From positions 101,383 to 165,382 of the forward strand of contig JBBTBX010000009.1 of NCBI GenBank assembly GCA_038043465.1: a stretch of 64,000 bases of DNA, given 5' to 3'. Origin of the DNA: Pseudomonadota bacterium (lineage in GTDB: Bacteria > Pseudomonadota > Alphaproteobacteria > Rickettsiales > SXRF01). Below, one piece after another: positions 50,833 through 60,971 of the stretch; positions within the stretch are counted from its first letter, which is position 1; every line of letters starts with the position of its first letter. The position numbers were made by a program, and so were the translations under genes. Below the pieces are notes generated by a model. It made no database searches, was not told the DNA's origin, and saw nothing but the letters and a program-made list of their open reading frames with translations.

Positions 50833-51006
50833 TTAGCGGTTAGCTGAAGTAAGAGTACTTGCAACTTTACTGAATGAGTTAGTCACGCTGTTACCAACGG
50901 CACCCATTGCCAAAATAGCTACGATAGAAACTAGAGCTGCAATAAGAGCGTACTCAATCGCGGTTGCGCCATCTTCTGATTTAAAAAGACGAATCATTGT
51001 CTGCAT
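50833..51006 (-). CDS. Flp family (Tad) pilin, copy 2 (not in ORF track)
   Basis: MQTMIRLFKSEDGATAIEYALIAALVSIVAILAMGAVGNSVTNSFSKVASTLTSANR. Confidence 0.95.
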   Translation of the reverse strand: MQTMIRLFKSEDGATAIEYALIAALVSIVAILAMGAVGNSVTNSFSKVASTLTSANR

Positions 51007-51088
51007 AATCTTTCCTTAAACTTTGATTGTTGATAGAATAATAGAATAACTGAATATATCAGCTACCAGATATTATTAGCAAATACTC

Positions 51089-51104
51089 GTTAATGTCAAG
51101 TAAA
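51089..51104 (-). promoter_or_regulatory. CtrA-box-like site overlapping a TTGACA -35 upstream of pilin copy 2
   Basis: TTTA-CTTGACA-TTAAC on the minus strand. Confidence 0.5.
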
Positions 51105-51248
51105 TGTCATGCATTACAGCAAAAAACATTAATTCTTATGGTATTATCTTAAGTAATTTATTAAATTATTATTAATAAACATCAAGAAAATAAGGAAAAT
51201 TATACTTCAAATACCCTGCATCTCTTGATTCTACATTTTTATAACAGC

Positions 51249-51278
51249 AAAACGGCACCATAAAAATGATGCCGTTTT
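51249..51278 (-). terminator. Terminator of pilin copy 3
   Basis: AAAACGGCACCAT...ATGATGCCGTTTT. Confidence 0.75.
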
Positions 51279-51293
51279 ACAAAAATCAAATAA

Positions 51294-51467
51294 CTAGCGG
51301 TTAGCTGAAGTAAGAGTACTTGCAACTTTACTGAATGAGTTAGTTACGCTGTTACCAACGCTACCCATAGCCACGATAGCTACGATAGAGACCAGAGCCG
51401 CAATAAGAGCATACTCAATCGCAGTAGCACCATCTTCTGATTTGAATAGACGAATAATTGTCTGCAT
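51294..51467 (-). CDS. Flp family (Tad) pilin, copy 3 (not in ORF track)
   Basis: MQTIIRLFKSEDGATAIEYALIAALVSIVAIVAMGSVGNSVTNSFSKVASTLTSANR; GGGAG RBS. Confidence 0.95.
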   Translation of the reverse strand: MQTIIRLFKSEDGATAIEYALIAALVSIVAIVAMGSVGNSVTNSFSKVASTLTSANR

Positions 51468-51634
51468 AAACTTCTCCCTAAGAGTGTTAAATAAAGAAAC
51501 CGGCTGATTGCTTCAGCTATTAACCATTATTATAAATAATCTGCCATTGGTCAAGCAATAATGCAAAAAAAATATCTACAATTTTATATATATTTTAGGC
51601 ATTTACAAGAAAACTCTTTACCATAAATTGATTT

Positions 51635-54013
51635 GTGGTAACTATGTTACCTAATATTCAAAAAGTTGCAATCAATACGAAAACCATGGCTCTACACCAA
51701 ATGGCTACGCGTTATAATGAAGAAACTGAACGTCACCCGCTGAAAGTGCTCGCCGGAGCATTATTATTCTCATTTTCTCTATTTTTACTGCTTTGTCTGG
51801 TAACTTATAACCAGTCTGACCCCTCATTAAATCAAGCAACTGCCAATACCGCAAACAATATAGGTGGGTATGCAGGGGCATTGGTTGCCGACCTTATGCT
51901 GCAATTTCTTGGTCTTGCCAGCATATTTGCAGCTATTGTCCCGCTTGCATGGAGCGCGAAGCTGCTTAAAGGTGAGAATATCACGTTTTTACAGGTTCGC
52001 CTGAGCCTACTTATTATCACGCTGGTTCTTGCAGCCAGCCTGCTCACGGAGATAGATCCGCCAATCTGGTGGTCGATCAAGGGCGGGCTTGGTGGCTCAA
52101 TAGGAATGACGCTGCATAATTCTATGCATGTAATGTTCAAGAGCACTTTATTTACTGTAATGGTATTTTCCATCACCATAATCACAGCATCTCTTGCTTT
52201 TGGCATGAAACTCGATGAATGGAAGGAATTGGCACAAATTTCTAAAAAAGCATTTTTTGTAGCAGCGGGAGTGATATTATCACTTATACAGCGCAAGGAA
52301 CGTGATGATTCTTATGAGTACGAAGAAGCAGAAGAAAAACTATCCTTACGCGAACGTTTTACTGGCTGGATAAGCAATCTTCGTTCTAATGAGTACGAAG
52401 AAGAGGAAGAAGATGAAGAACCTGTGCGTCGCGCACCACGGGTAAATAAAAAATCACAAGCAAAAGATACCGAAAAAGCTGCGCGCGCCAAACCAAAAGT
52501 GCAGACCACTCTTGCCTTACCACAAGGAGATTACGAGCTTCCCGACATCAATCTGTTAAGCCCACCGCCTAAAGGCAAAAAAACAACATTATCAGAAAAT
52601 GCGCTGACCCAGAATGCCAAGCTTCTGGAATCAGTATTGCAGGATTTTGGTGTAAATGGAAATATCGTGGAGATTCGCCCTGGCCCTGTGGTTACGCTTT
52701 ATGAACTGGAACCGGCAGCAGGAACAAAATCTTCAAGGGTTATTGGACTTGCTGATGATATTGCCCGTTCGATGAGCGCGATTTCCACACGTATTGCGGT
52801 TATTCCCGGACGCAATGCCATTGGTATAGAAATGCCGAATGCTTACCGCGAAACTGTTTATTTTCGAGAAATGCTGGAAACCAATGATTTTTCATCCGCC
52901 GATGCGAAGTTACCGCTCGCGCTTGGTAAAAATATCGGTGGCGAACCGATTATCGTTGATCTTGCGCGCATGCCGCATTTACTGGTGGCAGGAACCACCG
53001 GCTCCGGTAAATCCGTTGCCATCAACACCATGATTATGTCACTGCTTTACCGCCTCACGCCGGAAGAATGTAAATTCATTATGATTGACCCGAAGATGCT
53101 GGAGCTTTCAGTTTATGACGGCATCCCTCACCTTCTATCACCAGTAGTAACCGAGCCGGGAAAGGCTGTGGTTGCCCTTAAATGGACGGTGAAAGAAATG
53201 GAAAACCGCTACCGCCTGATGAACAATCATGCAGTGCGTAATATCGAGGGTTACAATAAGAAAATCCGCGAAGCAAAAGCCAAGGGCAACCAGCTATCGC
53301 GCAAGGTTCAGACCGGATTTAATCCTGACACTGGTGAACCTATTATCGAAGAAATGCCACTGGATATGAACGAATTGCCGTTTATCGTGGTAGTAGTCGA
53401 CGAAATGGCGGATCTGATGATTGTTGCGGGGAAAGAAATTGAAGGATCTATCCAGCGTCTGGCACAAATGGCACGTGCTGCGGGAATTCATATTATCATG
53501 GCAACGCAAAGACCAAGCGTTGACGTTATCACCGGTGTTATCAAAGCCAACTTCCCTACCCGTATCAGCTTCCAGGTTACCTCGCGCATTGACAGCCGGA
53601 CTATCCTTGGTGAACAGGGCGCGGAACAACTGCTTGGGCAGGGTGATATGCTGTATATGGCAGGTGGTGGGCGCATTACCCGTGTGCATGGTCCATTCGT
53701 GAGCGACAAGGAAGTTGAACAAGTGGTTGGTCATCTGAAACTGCAAGGCGAACCTAGCTATATCGAAGATGTCACCCGCGATGAGGAAGAAGAAGGAGCA
53801 TTTGGTGAAGAAGGCGAAAAAGATGAAATGTATGATCAGGCAGTTGCTATCATCGCCCGTGATCGCAAAGCATCAACCAGCTATATCCAGCGTTGCCTGA
53901 AAATCGGTTATAACCGCGCCGCGTCAATCATTGAGCAGATGGAACGTGAAGGCATTGTCGGTCCCGCCAACCATGTCGGCAAACGCGAAGTTTTAGTTAG
54001 GGAAGATGGTTAA
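51635..54013 (+). CDS. ftsK: DNA translocase FtsK
   Basis: 4TM N-domain, MPHLLVAGTTGSGKS, ATQRPSVDV, IGYNRAA gamma domain; true start probably a later ATG. Confidence 0.97.
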   Translation: MVTMLPNIQKVAINTKTMALHQMATRYNEETERHPLKVLAGALLFSFSLFLLLCLVTYNQSDPSLNQATANTANNIGGYAGALVADLMLQFLGLASIFAAIVPLAWSAKLLKGENITFLQVRLSLLIITLVLAASLLTEIDPPIWWSIKGGLGGSIGMTLHNSMHVMFKSTLFTVMVFSITIITASLAFGMKLDEWKELAQISKKAFFVAAGVILSLIQRKERDDSYEYEEAEEKLSLRERFTGWISNLRSNEYEEEEEDEEPVRRAPRVNKKSQAKDTEKAARAKPKVQTTLALPQGDYELPDINLLSPPPKGKKTTLSENALTQNAKLLESVLQDFGVNGNIVEIRPGPVVTLYELEPAAGTKSSRVIGLADDIARSMSAISTRIAVIPGRNAIGIEMPNAYRETVYFREMLETNDFSSADAKLPLALGKNIGGEPIIVDLARMPHLLVAGTTGSGKSVAINTMIMSLLYRLTPEECKFIMIDPKMLELSVYDGIPHLLSPVVTEPGKAVVALKWTVKEMENRYRLMNNHAVRNIEGYNKKIREAKAKGNQLSRKVQTGFNPDTGEPIIEEMPLDMNELPFIVVVVDEMADLMIVAGKEIEGSIQRLAQMARAAGIHIIMATQRPSVDVITGVIKANFPTRISFQVTSRIDSRTILGEQGAEQLLGQGDMLYMAGGGRITRVHGPFVSDKEVEQVVGHLKLQGEPSYIEDVTRDEEEEGAFGEEGEKDEMYDQAVAIIARDRKASTSYIQRCLKIGYNRAASIIEQMEREGIVGPANHVGKREVLVREDG

Positions 54014-54017
54014 AGAA

Positions 54018-54046
54018 TTGACTTCTTCGATGAATGTATATACAAT
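54018..54046 (+). promoter_or_regulatory. sigma70 promoter of the TA module
   Basis: TTGACT-17 nt-TACAAT, 9 nt before the ATG. Confidence 0.7.
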
Positions 54047-54055
54047 GTAATTACT

Positions 54056-54328
54056 ATGGAAACAGATATTATAAAAATTGGTAATTCAAAAGGAATCCGC
54101 ATTCCCAAAGCGATACTTGAGCAATGCGGCTTTAATGGGGTAGTAAACATGCAGGTTGATGGTGATAAATTGGTATTGTCCAAGGCAAAAAAGAAAGTGC
54201 GTGAAGGTTGGGCAGAAGCAGCCAGAATTTGCCACGAAGCGGGTGATGACAAATTAATTTTTCCAGAAGGAAGTATAATAAATGAATTTGACAAAACCGA
54301 GTGGACATGGCCAGAACAAGACCATTAA
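54056..54328 (+). CDS. AbrB/MazE family antitoxin
   Basis: IIKIGNSKGIRIPKAIL...REGW...EWTW. Confidence 0.92.
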   Translation: METDIIKIGNSKGIRIPKAILEQCGFNGVVNMQVDGDKLVLSKAKKKVREGWAEAARICHEAGDDKLIFPEGSIINEFDKTEWTWPEQDH

Positions 54329-54651
54329 GAGAAATAAAAAGGTTTGAAGTTTATTGGACTATGCTCGACCCAACAGTTGGGCATGAAATTCAAAAAACTC
54401 GCCCTTGCGTTGTTATATCTCCTGATAGCCTGAATTCTTTTTTGCATACTGTTATAATTTCTCCATTCACCTCAACAACCAGAAAATACCTATTTCGTGC
54501 AGATTCCAACCTTAAAAACATAAAAGGGCAAATAGCATTAGACCAGATGCGAACAGTAGACAAATCACGTTTGGGTGATTTAATTGGTGTTATTAAAGGA
54601 AAAGCAGCAACAGAAATATTAGATAAACTTTCAGAAATGTTTGCAGAGTAA
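54301..54651 (+). CDS. MazF/PemK family toxin
   Basis: LDPTVGHEIQKTRPCVVISP, LDQMRTVDKSRL. Confidence 0.92.
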   Translation: MDMARTRPLREIKRFEVYWTMLDPTVGHEIQKTRPCVVISPDSLNSFLHTVIISPFTSTTRKYLFRADSNLKNIKGQIALDQMRTVDKSRLGDLIGVIKGKAATEILDKLSEMFAE

Positions 54652-54653
54652 TT

Positions 54654-55337
54654 ATGTTAAAAAAAATAATCACCATCGCCCTGATAACGCTTATGCCAGC
54701 CGTAAGCTTTGCTGCTGATGTAAATATTGCAGATGAAAAACAAAAACCGGCAGTGACTTTCCTCGCCAATGCTGAAATGGCAAAATATAAAGCAACCATT
54801 GCGCGGGTGGAGAATTATTTAAGTGGGCTTACCAGTATAATTTCAGAATTTACGCAGGTTGCTCCCGATGGAGCACTGACCAGTGGGAAATTTTTTCTGG
54901 AACGCCCAGGAAGAATGCGCTGGCAATATAATCCCCCTACTCCGGTGCTGATGGTGGCAAATGGCTCGGAGATGATTTATTATGATTACGAGCTGGAACA
55001 ACTCACCCATATTCCGCTCGATTCAACCCTGATCGGTTTCCTTGCCCAGAATAAAATAAGTTTTTCCAATTCCGTTGGCATAATTTCTTTTGAGGAAAAA
55101 ACCGGCAGCATCCGCATAGGAATCGCCCAGCGGGAAAAACCAACTGACGGGCAGCTGGTTCTGGAATTTTCCGATAAACCGCTGCTTATCCGCAATATGG
55201 TGGTGACTGATACTAGCGGGCAGGTTACCACAGTTTCCCTCAATAATGCCAATTTCGGGGCAAAAATTGATGAAAAGCTATTTGAATTCCGTGACCCACG
55301 CAAACCAAGAAACCCTGCTGAAAAGGCTAAGCAATAA
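54654..55337 (+). CDS. lolA: Outer membrane lipoprotein carrier LolA
   Basis: Signal peptide; FTQ...G...RPGRMRWQY.PP; ftsK-lolA synteny. Confidence 0.9.
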   Translation: MLKKIITIALITLMPAVSFAADVNIADEKQKPAVTFLANAEMAKYKATIARVENYLSGLTSIISEFTQVAPDGALTSGKFFLERPGRMRWQYNPPTPVLMVANGSEMIYYDYELEQLTHIPLDSTLIGFLAQNKISFSNSVGIISFEEKTGSIRIGIAQREKPTDGQLVLEFSDKPLLIRNMVVTDTSGQVTTVSLNNANFGAKIDEKLFEFRDPRKPRNPAEKAKQ

Positions 55338-55524
55338 GGCAGTTGGTGGTTGGTTGATGATGAATGGCACTTAGCACTCGATGCACAAACTATATATTTC
55401 AATAGGTTAATGCGGTTGCGATGCGGTTATAACGGCTATAACAGCATTGTCACAAAATTTTCACACTACAAAAACTAAAGCTGTGCTAGATTGATGCTAG
55501 AGAAATTTAATTTTTAGGGTTTTT

Positions 55525-56424
55525 ATGGCTGCCAACATAGGAAATTACGATCAAAACATCAGGAACGGGATATATGATGCTCTGAATGGTAAAGCCAGCC
55601 CATTTGCTAAAGCCGCTTTTGAAGAACAGAAGACCGCCATTGATGAACTGGTGGCTCAAGAAGAAGCACGGCGTAACGACCCTAAATACACTCCAATGAC
55701 AACAGCTCAAATAAAAAATGCTGCAAATGAAAGAGCAGCTGCAAGAGCTGAAGAAAAGATAAGCCATGACCTGCACACCGCCAAAGTTGCCGGCGATGAT
55801 ACAACTAGTATGACGGGATTTATGCTTGGCATGGCGTTTGGTGAAGGCGGTGGCAGTATATTAGACATGGCTATGAAAGTGTATAAAGGTGAATCACCAT
55901 TTTGGAAAACAGTAAAAGAAACATTTACTGGTGAAAAGATAGAATTAGCCAACTTTACAGACCGGTGGAAAGCTAATGTTGAGGATAAAGTCCTAACTGA
56001 TTACGCAAAAGATAATAAAGTATCAAAAAATGAATTGGTGGCAGCATTAAGTCGGACAGATGGTACTGAAGTTAAACTGGTTAAGATACAAGAACTTGAC
56101 CCAGCGCAGGAAGTCGCCCAGAAAGAGAAAATGTTCACTACTAAAGTCGAAGAAGTAAAGGCAAATGCTCGCCTTCGTGCTCAACTTCAATATGAAGAAG
56201 AAAAAGCCGCAAGAGAAGAAAAAGAACGGCTTAAAAATCTTGAAGCAAAAGGACAAAGCAGTATCGTTACAGAGAACGGCAAAGGCAGTGAAGTTGAATC
56301 AGAAAAAAAGGGCGAGAATACTGGCAAACCAAATTTTTCAGGTGGAGAACACATAGAACAAACATCTTTTAACCCTCCAGCTTCCTTGCCAAGAGCTAAA
56401 ACTGTCACCACTCAACAAATTTAA
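55525..56424 (+). CDS. Hypothetical charged/coiled-coil protein
   Basis: 299-aa ORF, E/K/A-rich, P/T/Q-rich tail; no family recognised. Confidence 0.7.
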   Translation: MAANIGNYDQNIRNGIYDALNGKASPFAKAAFEEQKTAIDELVAQEEARRNDPKYTPMTTAQIKNAANERAAARAEEKISHDLHTAKVAGDDTTSMTGFMLGMAFGEGGGSILDMAMKVYKGESPFWKTVKETFTGEKIELANFTDRWKANVEDKVLTDYAKDNKVSKNELVAALSRTDGTEVKLVKIQELDPAQEVAQKEKMFTTKVEEVKANARLRAQLQYEEEKAAREEKERLKNLEAKGQSSIVTENGKGSEVESEKKGENTGKPNFSGGEHIEQTSFNPPASLPRAKTVTTQQI

Positions 56425-56521
56425 TTAGCATACCGCCTATAGCTAAATAACCCCAATTCCTGCATAAACTATTTGCGTTTTGTGCTGGCTTGTGGTTTTT
56501 CCACTATCATGTCAATCTTTT

Positions 56522-56613
56522 CTGGATACCAGACTGCTCAGTTTTCAATGGACATTTGCAAATGTGCCAACGAAGTGCGACAAAAAGCCAAAAACCGGCT
56601 TCTGGTATGACAA
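56522..56613. repeat. Single expanded REP arm (family B, copy 3)
   Basis: CTGGATACCAGACTGCTCAGTTTT..GGACATTTGCAAATGT..AAAAACCGGCTTCTGGTATGACAA. Confidence 0.8.
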
Positions 56614-56746
56614 GTTCTTAAACAATCTTCTTAAATGCTTTGCATTTATCAAGACACCGTTATAAAAACAGCGTGACAATCGGAAAAATCACTGCTTACG
56701 TAATGCCGTAAATAACATTAACTACAACCACAAAAAGAGAAAAATC

Positions 56747-58141
56747 ATGCAGGTAAAAGAATTAGAATCAAAAGGTCTTAAAAAAAGTTTTCAAATCATC
56801 GTTGGTGCAGATGCCATCAAAGCCAAAAAAGAAAATGAGCTGAAAGCCGTAGGCAAGAACGCCAAGATAGCCGGTTTCCGCCCTGGGCAAGTGCCGCTTA
56901 AAATCCTTGAACAGCGTTATGGCAAGTCTGTGCAGGCCGACGTAATCAAACAGGTTATCAATGGTTCGATTAATGACTTGGTTGTGCAAAACAAATTCCG
57001 CCCTACCCTCACCCCGCAAGTAAGCGTTGAGGATTATAATGAAGGTGGCGAATTATCTTTCAAAGTGGCGATAGAGCTGTTCCCTGAACTTCCGGAATTA
57101 TCTTTCGATGGATTGGAAATTGAGCGTAAAACTTTTGAAATAAGCCAGAGCGATATTGAAGAAGCACTGGCAAAAATTGCTGAGCGCAGCCCACAATTTG
57201 TCGACCTGCCAAAAAGCGCGAAAGCAGAAAACGGAAACATTATTAAAATTGATTTCAAAGGCACGCTGGACGGTGTAGCATTTGACGGTGGAGCTGCTGA
57301 AGATTTTGATCTGGAGCTGGGCAGCAAACAATTTATTGATACTTTTGAAGACCAGCTGATTGGCGCGAAAGCTGGCGATAAACGCACAGTTAAAGTGACT
57401 TTCCCTGCTAAATATCCAAGCGCGCAACTGGCAGGAAAAGCGGCGGAATTTGAAGTCACCGTAAAATCCGTGCAGGAAGCGAAAGCTCCGGAAATAAACG
57501 AAGAGTTCGCAACTGCCCGTGGCTTTGCGGATCTGAACGCCCTGCACGAAGCGGTACGCACCCAGCTTACCCGCGAATATGACCAGATAGTTCGTAACCA
57601 GATGAAGAAACAATTATTCGACATACTCGAAGAAAAACACACGTTTGAACTGCCGGAAAATATGGTGGAAATGGAATTCAAAACCATCTGGGAACGCTTG
57701 CAACAATCAATGGATGGTGATGAAGCTCTGGAAGGAAAAGAAGAAAGTGAACTTGAAGAAGAATATAAAAAAGTTGCACGCCGTCGCGTAAAGCTTGGAA
57801 TTTTGTTGGCAGAAGTTGGAACTCGCAACAAGATCCAGATCAACCGTGAGGAACTGTCACGTGCGGTGATGGCGCAAGCTCAGCAATATCCAGGGCAGGA
57901 AAGGCAGATTTTTGAATTCTACCAAAAGAATCCTAACCGCCTTGAAGACCTGCGCGGTCCTATTTTAGAAGAAAAAGCTGTCGATTTTATCTTGAGCAAA
58001 GTGAAATTCAGTGATGTAAAAACACCACTTGCTGAACTTGTTGATGTCGGAGATGATGAGGAAAGTGAAGAAAAACCTAAGAAATCAGCGAAATCGACAA
58101 ATTCTTCTAAAACAAAATCAAAAAAGAAGGCTTCCGAGTAA
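56747..58141 (+). CDS. tig: Trigger factor
   Basis: GFRPGQVP, IDFKG..DG..FDGG, LGS..FI..FE.QL. Confidence 0.97.
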   Translation: MQVKELESKGLKKSFQIIVGADAIKAKKENELKAVGKNAKIAGFRPGQVPLKILEQRYGKSVQADVIKQVINGSINDLVVQNKFRPTLTPQVSVEDYNEGGELSFKVAIELFPELPELSFDGLEIERKTFEISQSDIEEALAKIAERSPQFVDLPKSAKAENGNIIKIDFKGTLDGVAFDGGAAEDFDLELGSKQFIDTFEDQLIGAKAGDKRTVKVTFPAKYPSAQLAGKAAEFEVTVKSVQEAKAPEINEEFATARGFADLNALHEAVRTQLTREYDQIVRNQMKKQLFDILEEKHTFELPENMVEMEFKTIWERLQQSMDGDEALEGKEESELEEEYKKVARRRVKLGILLAEVGTRNKIQINREELSRAVMAQAQQYPGQERQIFEFYQKNPNRLEDLRGPILEEKAVDFILSKVKFSDVKTPLAELVDVGDDEESEEKPKKSAKSTNSSKTKSKKKASE

Positions 58142-58210
58142 TAGTTTGTTAATCTTTAACAGCTAATGCTGAAGGTAATACACTTCTTCATTAATTATTA
58201 GGATAGAACT

Positions 58211-58849
58211 ATGGCTGATATACAGGAAACCTATGCAAATATACTCGTTCCGATGGTTATCGAACAGACCAGTCGTGGCGAGCGTTCTTTTGATATTTAT
58301 TCACGACTTCTGAAAGAGCGCATTATCTTTCTTGTTGGTCCGGTGAATGACAACATGGCATCGCTCATCTGCGCGCAGCTTCTGTTTCTGGAATCAGAAA
58401 ATCCTGACAAAGAGATTTTTATGTATATTAACTCACCAGGCGGTGTGGTTACCTCTGGTCTTTCTATATATGACACAATGCAATATATCCGTCCTAAGGT
58501 TTCCACCTTATGCTTCGGACAAGCTGCATCAATGGGTTCATTACTGCTTACCGCTGGCGAACCTGGTCAACGCTATACATTGCCTAATTCGCGCATCATG
58601 ATTCACCAGCCTTCCGGTGGTTTTTCTGGGCAGGCAACCGATATTGAAATTCACGCTAAAGAAATTCTTTCACTCAAGGCACGCCTCAACCAGATTTATG
58701 TAAAACATACCAGTCAAAAATTATCGCATATAGAAAAGAATATGGAGCGCGATAACTTTATGACCTCAGAAATGGCTAAAGATTTCGGATTAATTGATCA
58801 CATCATTGAAAAACGTGGTGCAGAAGATATATTAGATAAGAAAAAATAA
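58211..58849 (+). CDS. clpP: Clp protease proteolytic subunit
   Basis: [29 protein letters not shown]. Confidence 0.98.
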   Translation: MADIQETYANILVPMVIEQTSRGERSFDIYSRLLKERIIFLVGPVNDNMASLICAQLLFLESENPDKEIFMYINSPGGVVTSGLSIYDTMQYIRPKVSTLCFGQAASMGSLLLTAGEPGQRYTLPNSRIMIHQPSGGFSGQATDIEIHAKEILSLKARLNQIYVKHTSQKLSHIEKNMERDNFMTSEMAKDFGLIDHIIEKRGAEDILDKKK

Positions 58850-58850
58850 T

Positions 58851-58920
58851 TGAGTAGAGAGTATTGAGTGCTGAGTGCTGAGTATAAAAACTCAAAACTC
58901 AGCACTCTAAACTCTAAACT
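58851..58920. repeat. Inverted heptamer arrays between clpP and clpX
   Basis: TGAGTAG AGAGTAT TGAGTGC TGAGTGC TGAGTAT / ACTCAAA ACTCAGC ACTCTAA ACTCTAA. Confidence 0.8.
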
Positions 58921-58932
58921 AGGAGAGAAAAC

Positions 58933-60198
58933 GTGACAAAAACTGGTGGCAGAGAATCGAAGAATACGCGTTATTGTTCATTTTGCGGAAAGAGCGAGCA
59001 TGAAGTCCGCAAGCTTATTGCTGGTCCTACAGTATTTATCTGCGATGAATGCGTTGTTCTGTGCATGGATATTATCCGTGCAGCTGATAAGGGCGTTCTC
59101 TCCAAAGAAGGTGAGGAAATCGCCAAACCAGCAGATATTTGTAAAGTCCTTGATGATTACGTAATTGGTCAATATCAGGCTAAGAAAGTTCTCTCAGTCG
59201 CTGTACATAACCATTATAAGCGCGTATCGCTTCTGGAAAAGAATGCCGATGTTGAACTGGCGAAATCAAATATATTAGTTATTGGACCAACTGGTTCTGG
59301 TAAAACATTGCTAGCACAGACTCTCGCCCGCATTCTCGATGTTCCCTTTACCATGGCTGATGCCACGACACTCACCGAAGCCGGTTATGTTGGTGAGGAT
59401 GTGGAGAATATTATTTTACGCCTGTTGCAGGCAGCCGATTATAATGTTGAACGTGCGCAGCGTGGCATCGTCTATATTGACGAAGTTGATAAAATTTCCC
59501 GCAAGTCGGATAACCCTTCAATCACCCGCGACGTATCTGGCGAAGGCGTGCAACAGGCACTGCTGAAACTAATGGAAGGCACGGTTGCTTCTGTCCCTCC
59601 GCAAGGCGGGCGCAAACATCCGCAGCAGGAATTTTTGCAGGTTGATACTTCTAATATTCTGTTTATCTGTGGTGGTGCGTTTTCCGGATTGGAAAAAATT
59701 ATTGCTGCACGCGGAAAAGGCACGGCGATTGGCTTTGGTGCGGATGTTCGCAGTAAAGAAAATCAGCGTATCGGCGAATTATTTGCACAAGTTGAGCCTG
59801 AAGATTTATTGAAATTCGGTCTGATTCCAGAGTTCGTTGGTCGCCTGCCAGTTATCGCTACGCTCACCGATCTGGACGAAGCAGCCCTTATTTCGATTCT
59901 TACCAAGCCGAAAAATGCTCTTATCAAACAATACCAGAAATTATTTGAGATGGAAGGTGTGCGCCTACGTTTTTCTGATGATGCGCTGAAAGCAATCGCA
60001 GAAAAAGCCATAAAACGGAAGACCGGAGCACGTGGTTTACGGGCTATTCTGGAAGGTTATTTGCTTGACCTCATGTATGATATTCCAAGTCAGCAAGGTG
60101 TTGAGGAGGTTATAATAAATGCCGATGTGATTGAAAATAATGCAGCACCGGTTACTGTTAAATCCGACCAAAAAGCTATCATCAAAAAGACCCACTAA
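58933..60198 (+). CDS. clpX: Clp protease ATPase ClpX
   Basis: CSFCGK zinc finger, [22 protein letters not shown]. Confidence 0.98.
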   Translation: MTKTGGRESKNTRYCSFCGKSEHEVRKLIAGPTVFICDECVVLCMDIIRAADKGVLSKEGEEIAKPADICKVLDDYVIGQYQAKKVLSVAVHNHYKRVSLLEKNADVELAKSNILVIGPTGSGKTLLAQTLARILDVPFTMADATTLTEAGYVGEDVENIILRLLQAADYNVERAQRGIVYIDEVDKISRKSDNPSITRDVSGEGVQQALLKLMEGTVASVPPQGGRKHPQQEFLQVDTSNILFICGGAFSGLEKIIAARGKGTAIGFGADVRSKENQRIGELFAQVEPEDLLKFGLIPEFVGRLPVIATLTDLDEAALISILTKPKNALIKQYQKLFEMEGVRLRFSDDALKAIAEKAIKRKTGARGLRAILEGYLLDLMYDIPSQQGVEEVIINADVIENNAAPVTVKSDQKAIIKKTH

Positions 60199-60444
60199 AT
60201 AGTAAATTTTTATAAAGCGTGATGTCTGAAGTTTTTTAAAAACTGCTAACTATTCGTCAATATATTTTTTTTGGGCATCTCTGAATCCACCATATTCCCT
60301 GCATTTTTTCTTACGATTTTACAAAATTGCTGTTTACATTTATTTTTTTCCGTGCTTGATTCAGATGAGCTTGTGTTCAAGCTGGTGTGATGAACGGTTC
60401 ACCTCACCTTTACAAGTGTTCGTAGCAACTAGGGAGTAAAAAAC

Positions 60445-60741
60445 ATGAACAAAAATGAATTAATTGCAGAAGTAGCAGATAAGTCTGATCTTACAAAAGC
60501 AAAAGCATCTGAAGCTATCGATGCATTTATCGCAGTAGTTTCAAAAGCACTTTCAAAGGGCGATGAAATTCGCCTCGTTGGTTTTGGTACATTCGCCGTT
60601 GTACACCGTAAAGCGACTGAAGGTCGTAATCCGCGCACTGGTGCTGTTATCAAAATTGCAGCTTCAAACAAGCCTAAATTCAAACCAGGCAAAGCTTTGA
60701 CTGAGGCTGTTAATAAGTCTTCAAAGAAAAAAGCGGCTTAA
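60445..60741 (+). CDS. hup: DNA-binding protein HU
   Basis: MNKNELI, GFGTF, GRNPRTG. Confidence 0.96.
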   Translation: MNKNELIAEVADKSDLTKAKASEAIDAFIAVVSKALSKGDEIRLVGFGTFAVVHRKATEGRNPRTGAVIKIAASNKPKFKPGKALTEAVNKSSKKKAA

Positions 60742-60760
60742 TTAGCTGTTTTATCTTAAG

Positions 60761-60803
60761 AAAACAGGCGTTTGAGATTTATTCTTAAACGCCTGTTTTT
60801 TTT
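60761..60803 (+). terminator. Intrinsic terminator after hup
   Basis: AAAACAGGCGTTTGAG...CTTAAACGCCTG followed by T8. Confidence 0.85.
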
Positions 60804-60895
60804 GCACTCACCTGTTGCAATCAAGGAAAAAAACAGGTAGTAAACAATTCCTGTTTTTTTAAAGCGTTTTGCTTTATTTCTGCAATATGCTTTAA

Positions 60896-60971
60896 GGGCG
60901 ATTAGCTCAGTTGGTAGAGCATCTCGTTTACACCGAGAGGGTCGGGAGTTCGAGTCTCTCATCGCCCACCA
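60896..60971 (+). tRNA. tRNA-Val(TAC)
   Basis: GGGCGAT/ATCGCCC acceptor stem, anticodon loop TT-TAC-AC, GTTCGA T-loop, encoded CCA. Confidence 0.97.

Noticed and set aside
50369-51467. Pilin triplet as DGR template/variable repeats or silent cassettes
   Set aside because: The differences are not adenine-specific, no reverse transcriptase is present, and all three copies are full-length with their own upstream regions.
57034-57843. 269-aa antisense ORF
   Set aside because: Shadow of tig caused by codon bias.
60756-60962. 68-aa ORF starting MRDSNSRPS
   Set aside because: Antisense translation of tRNA-Val and the terminator.
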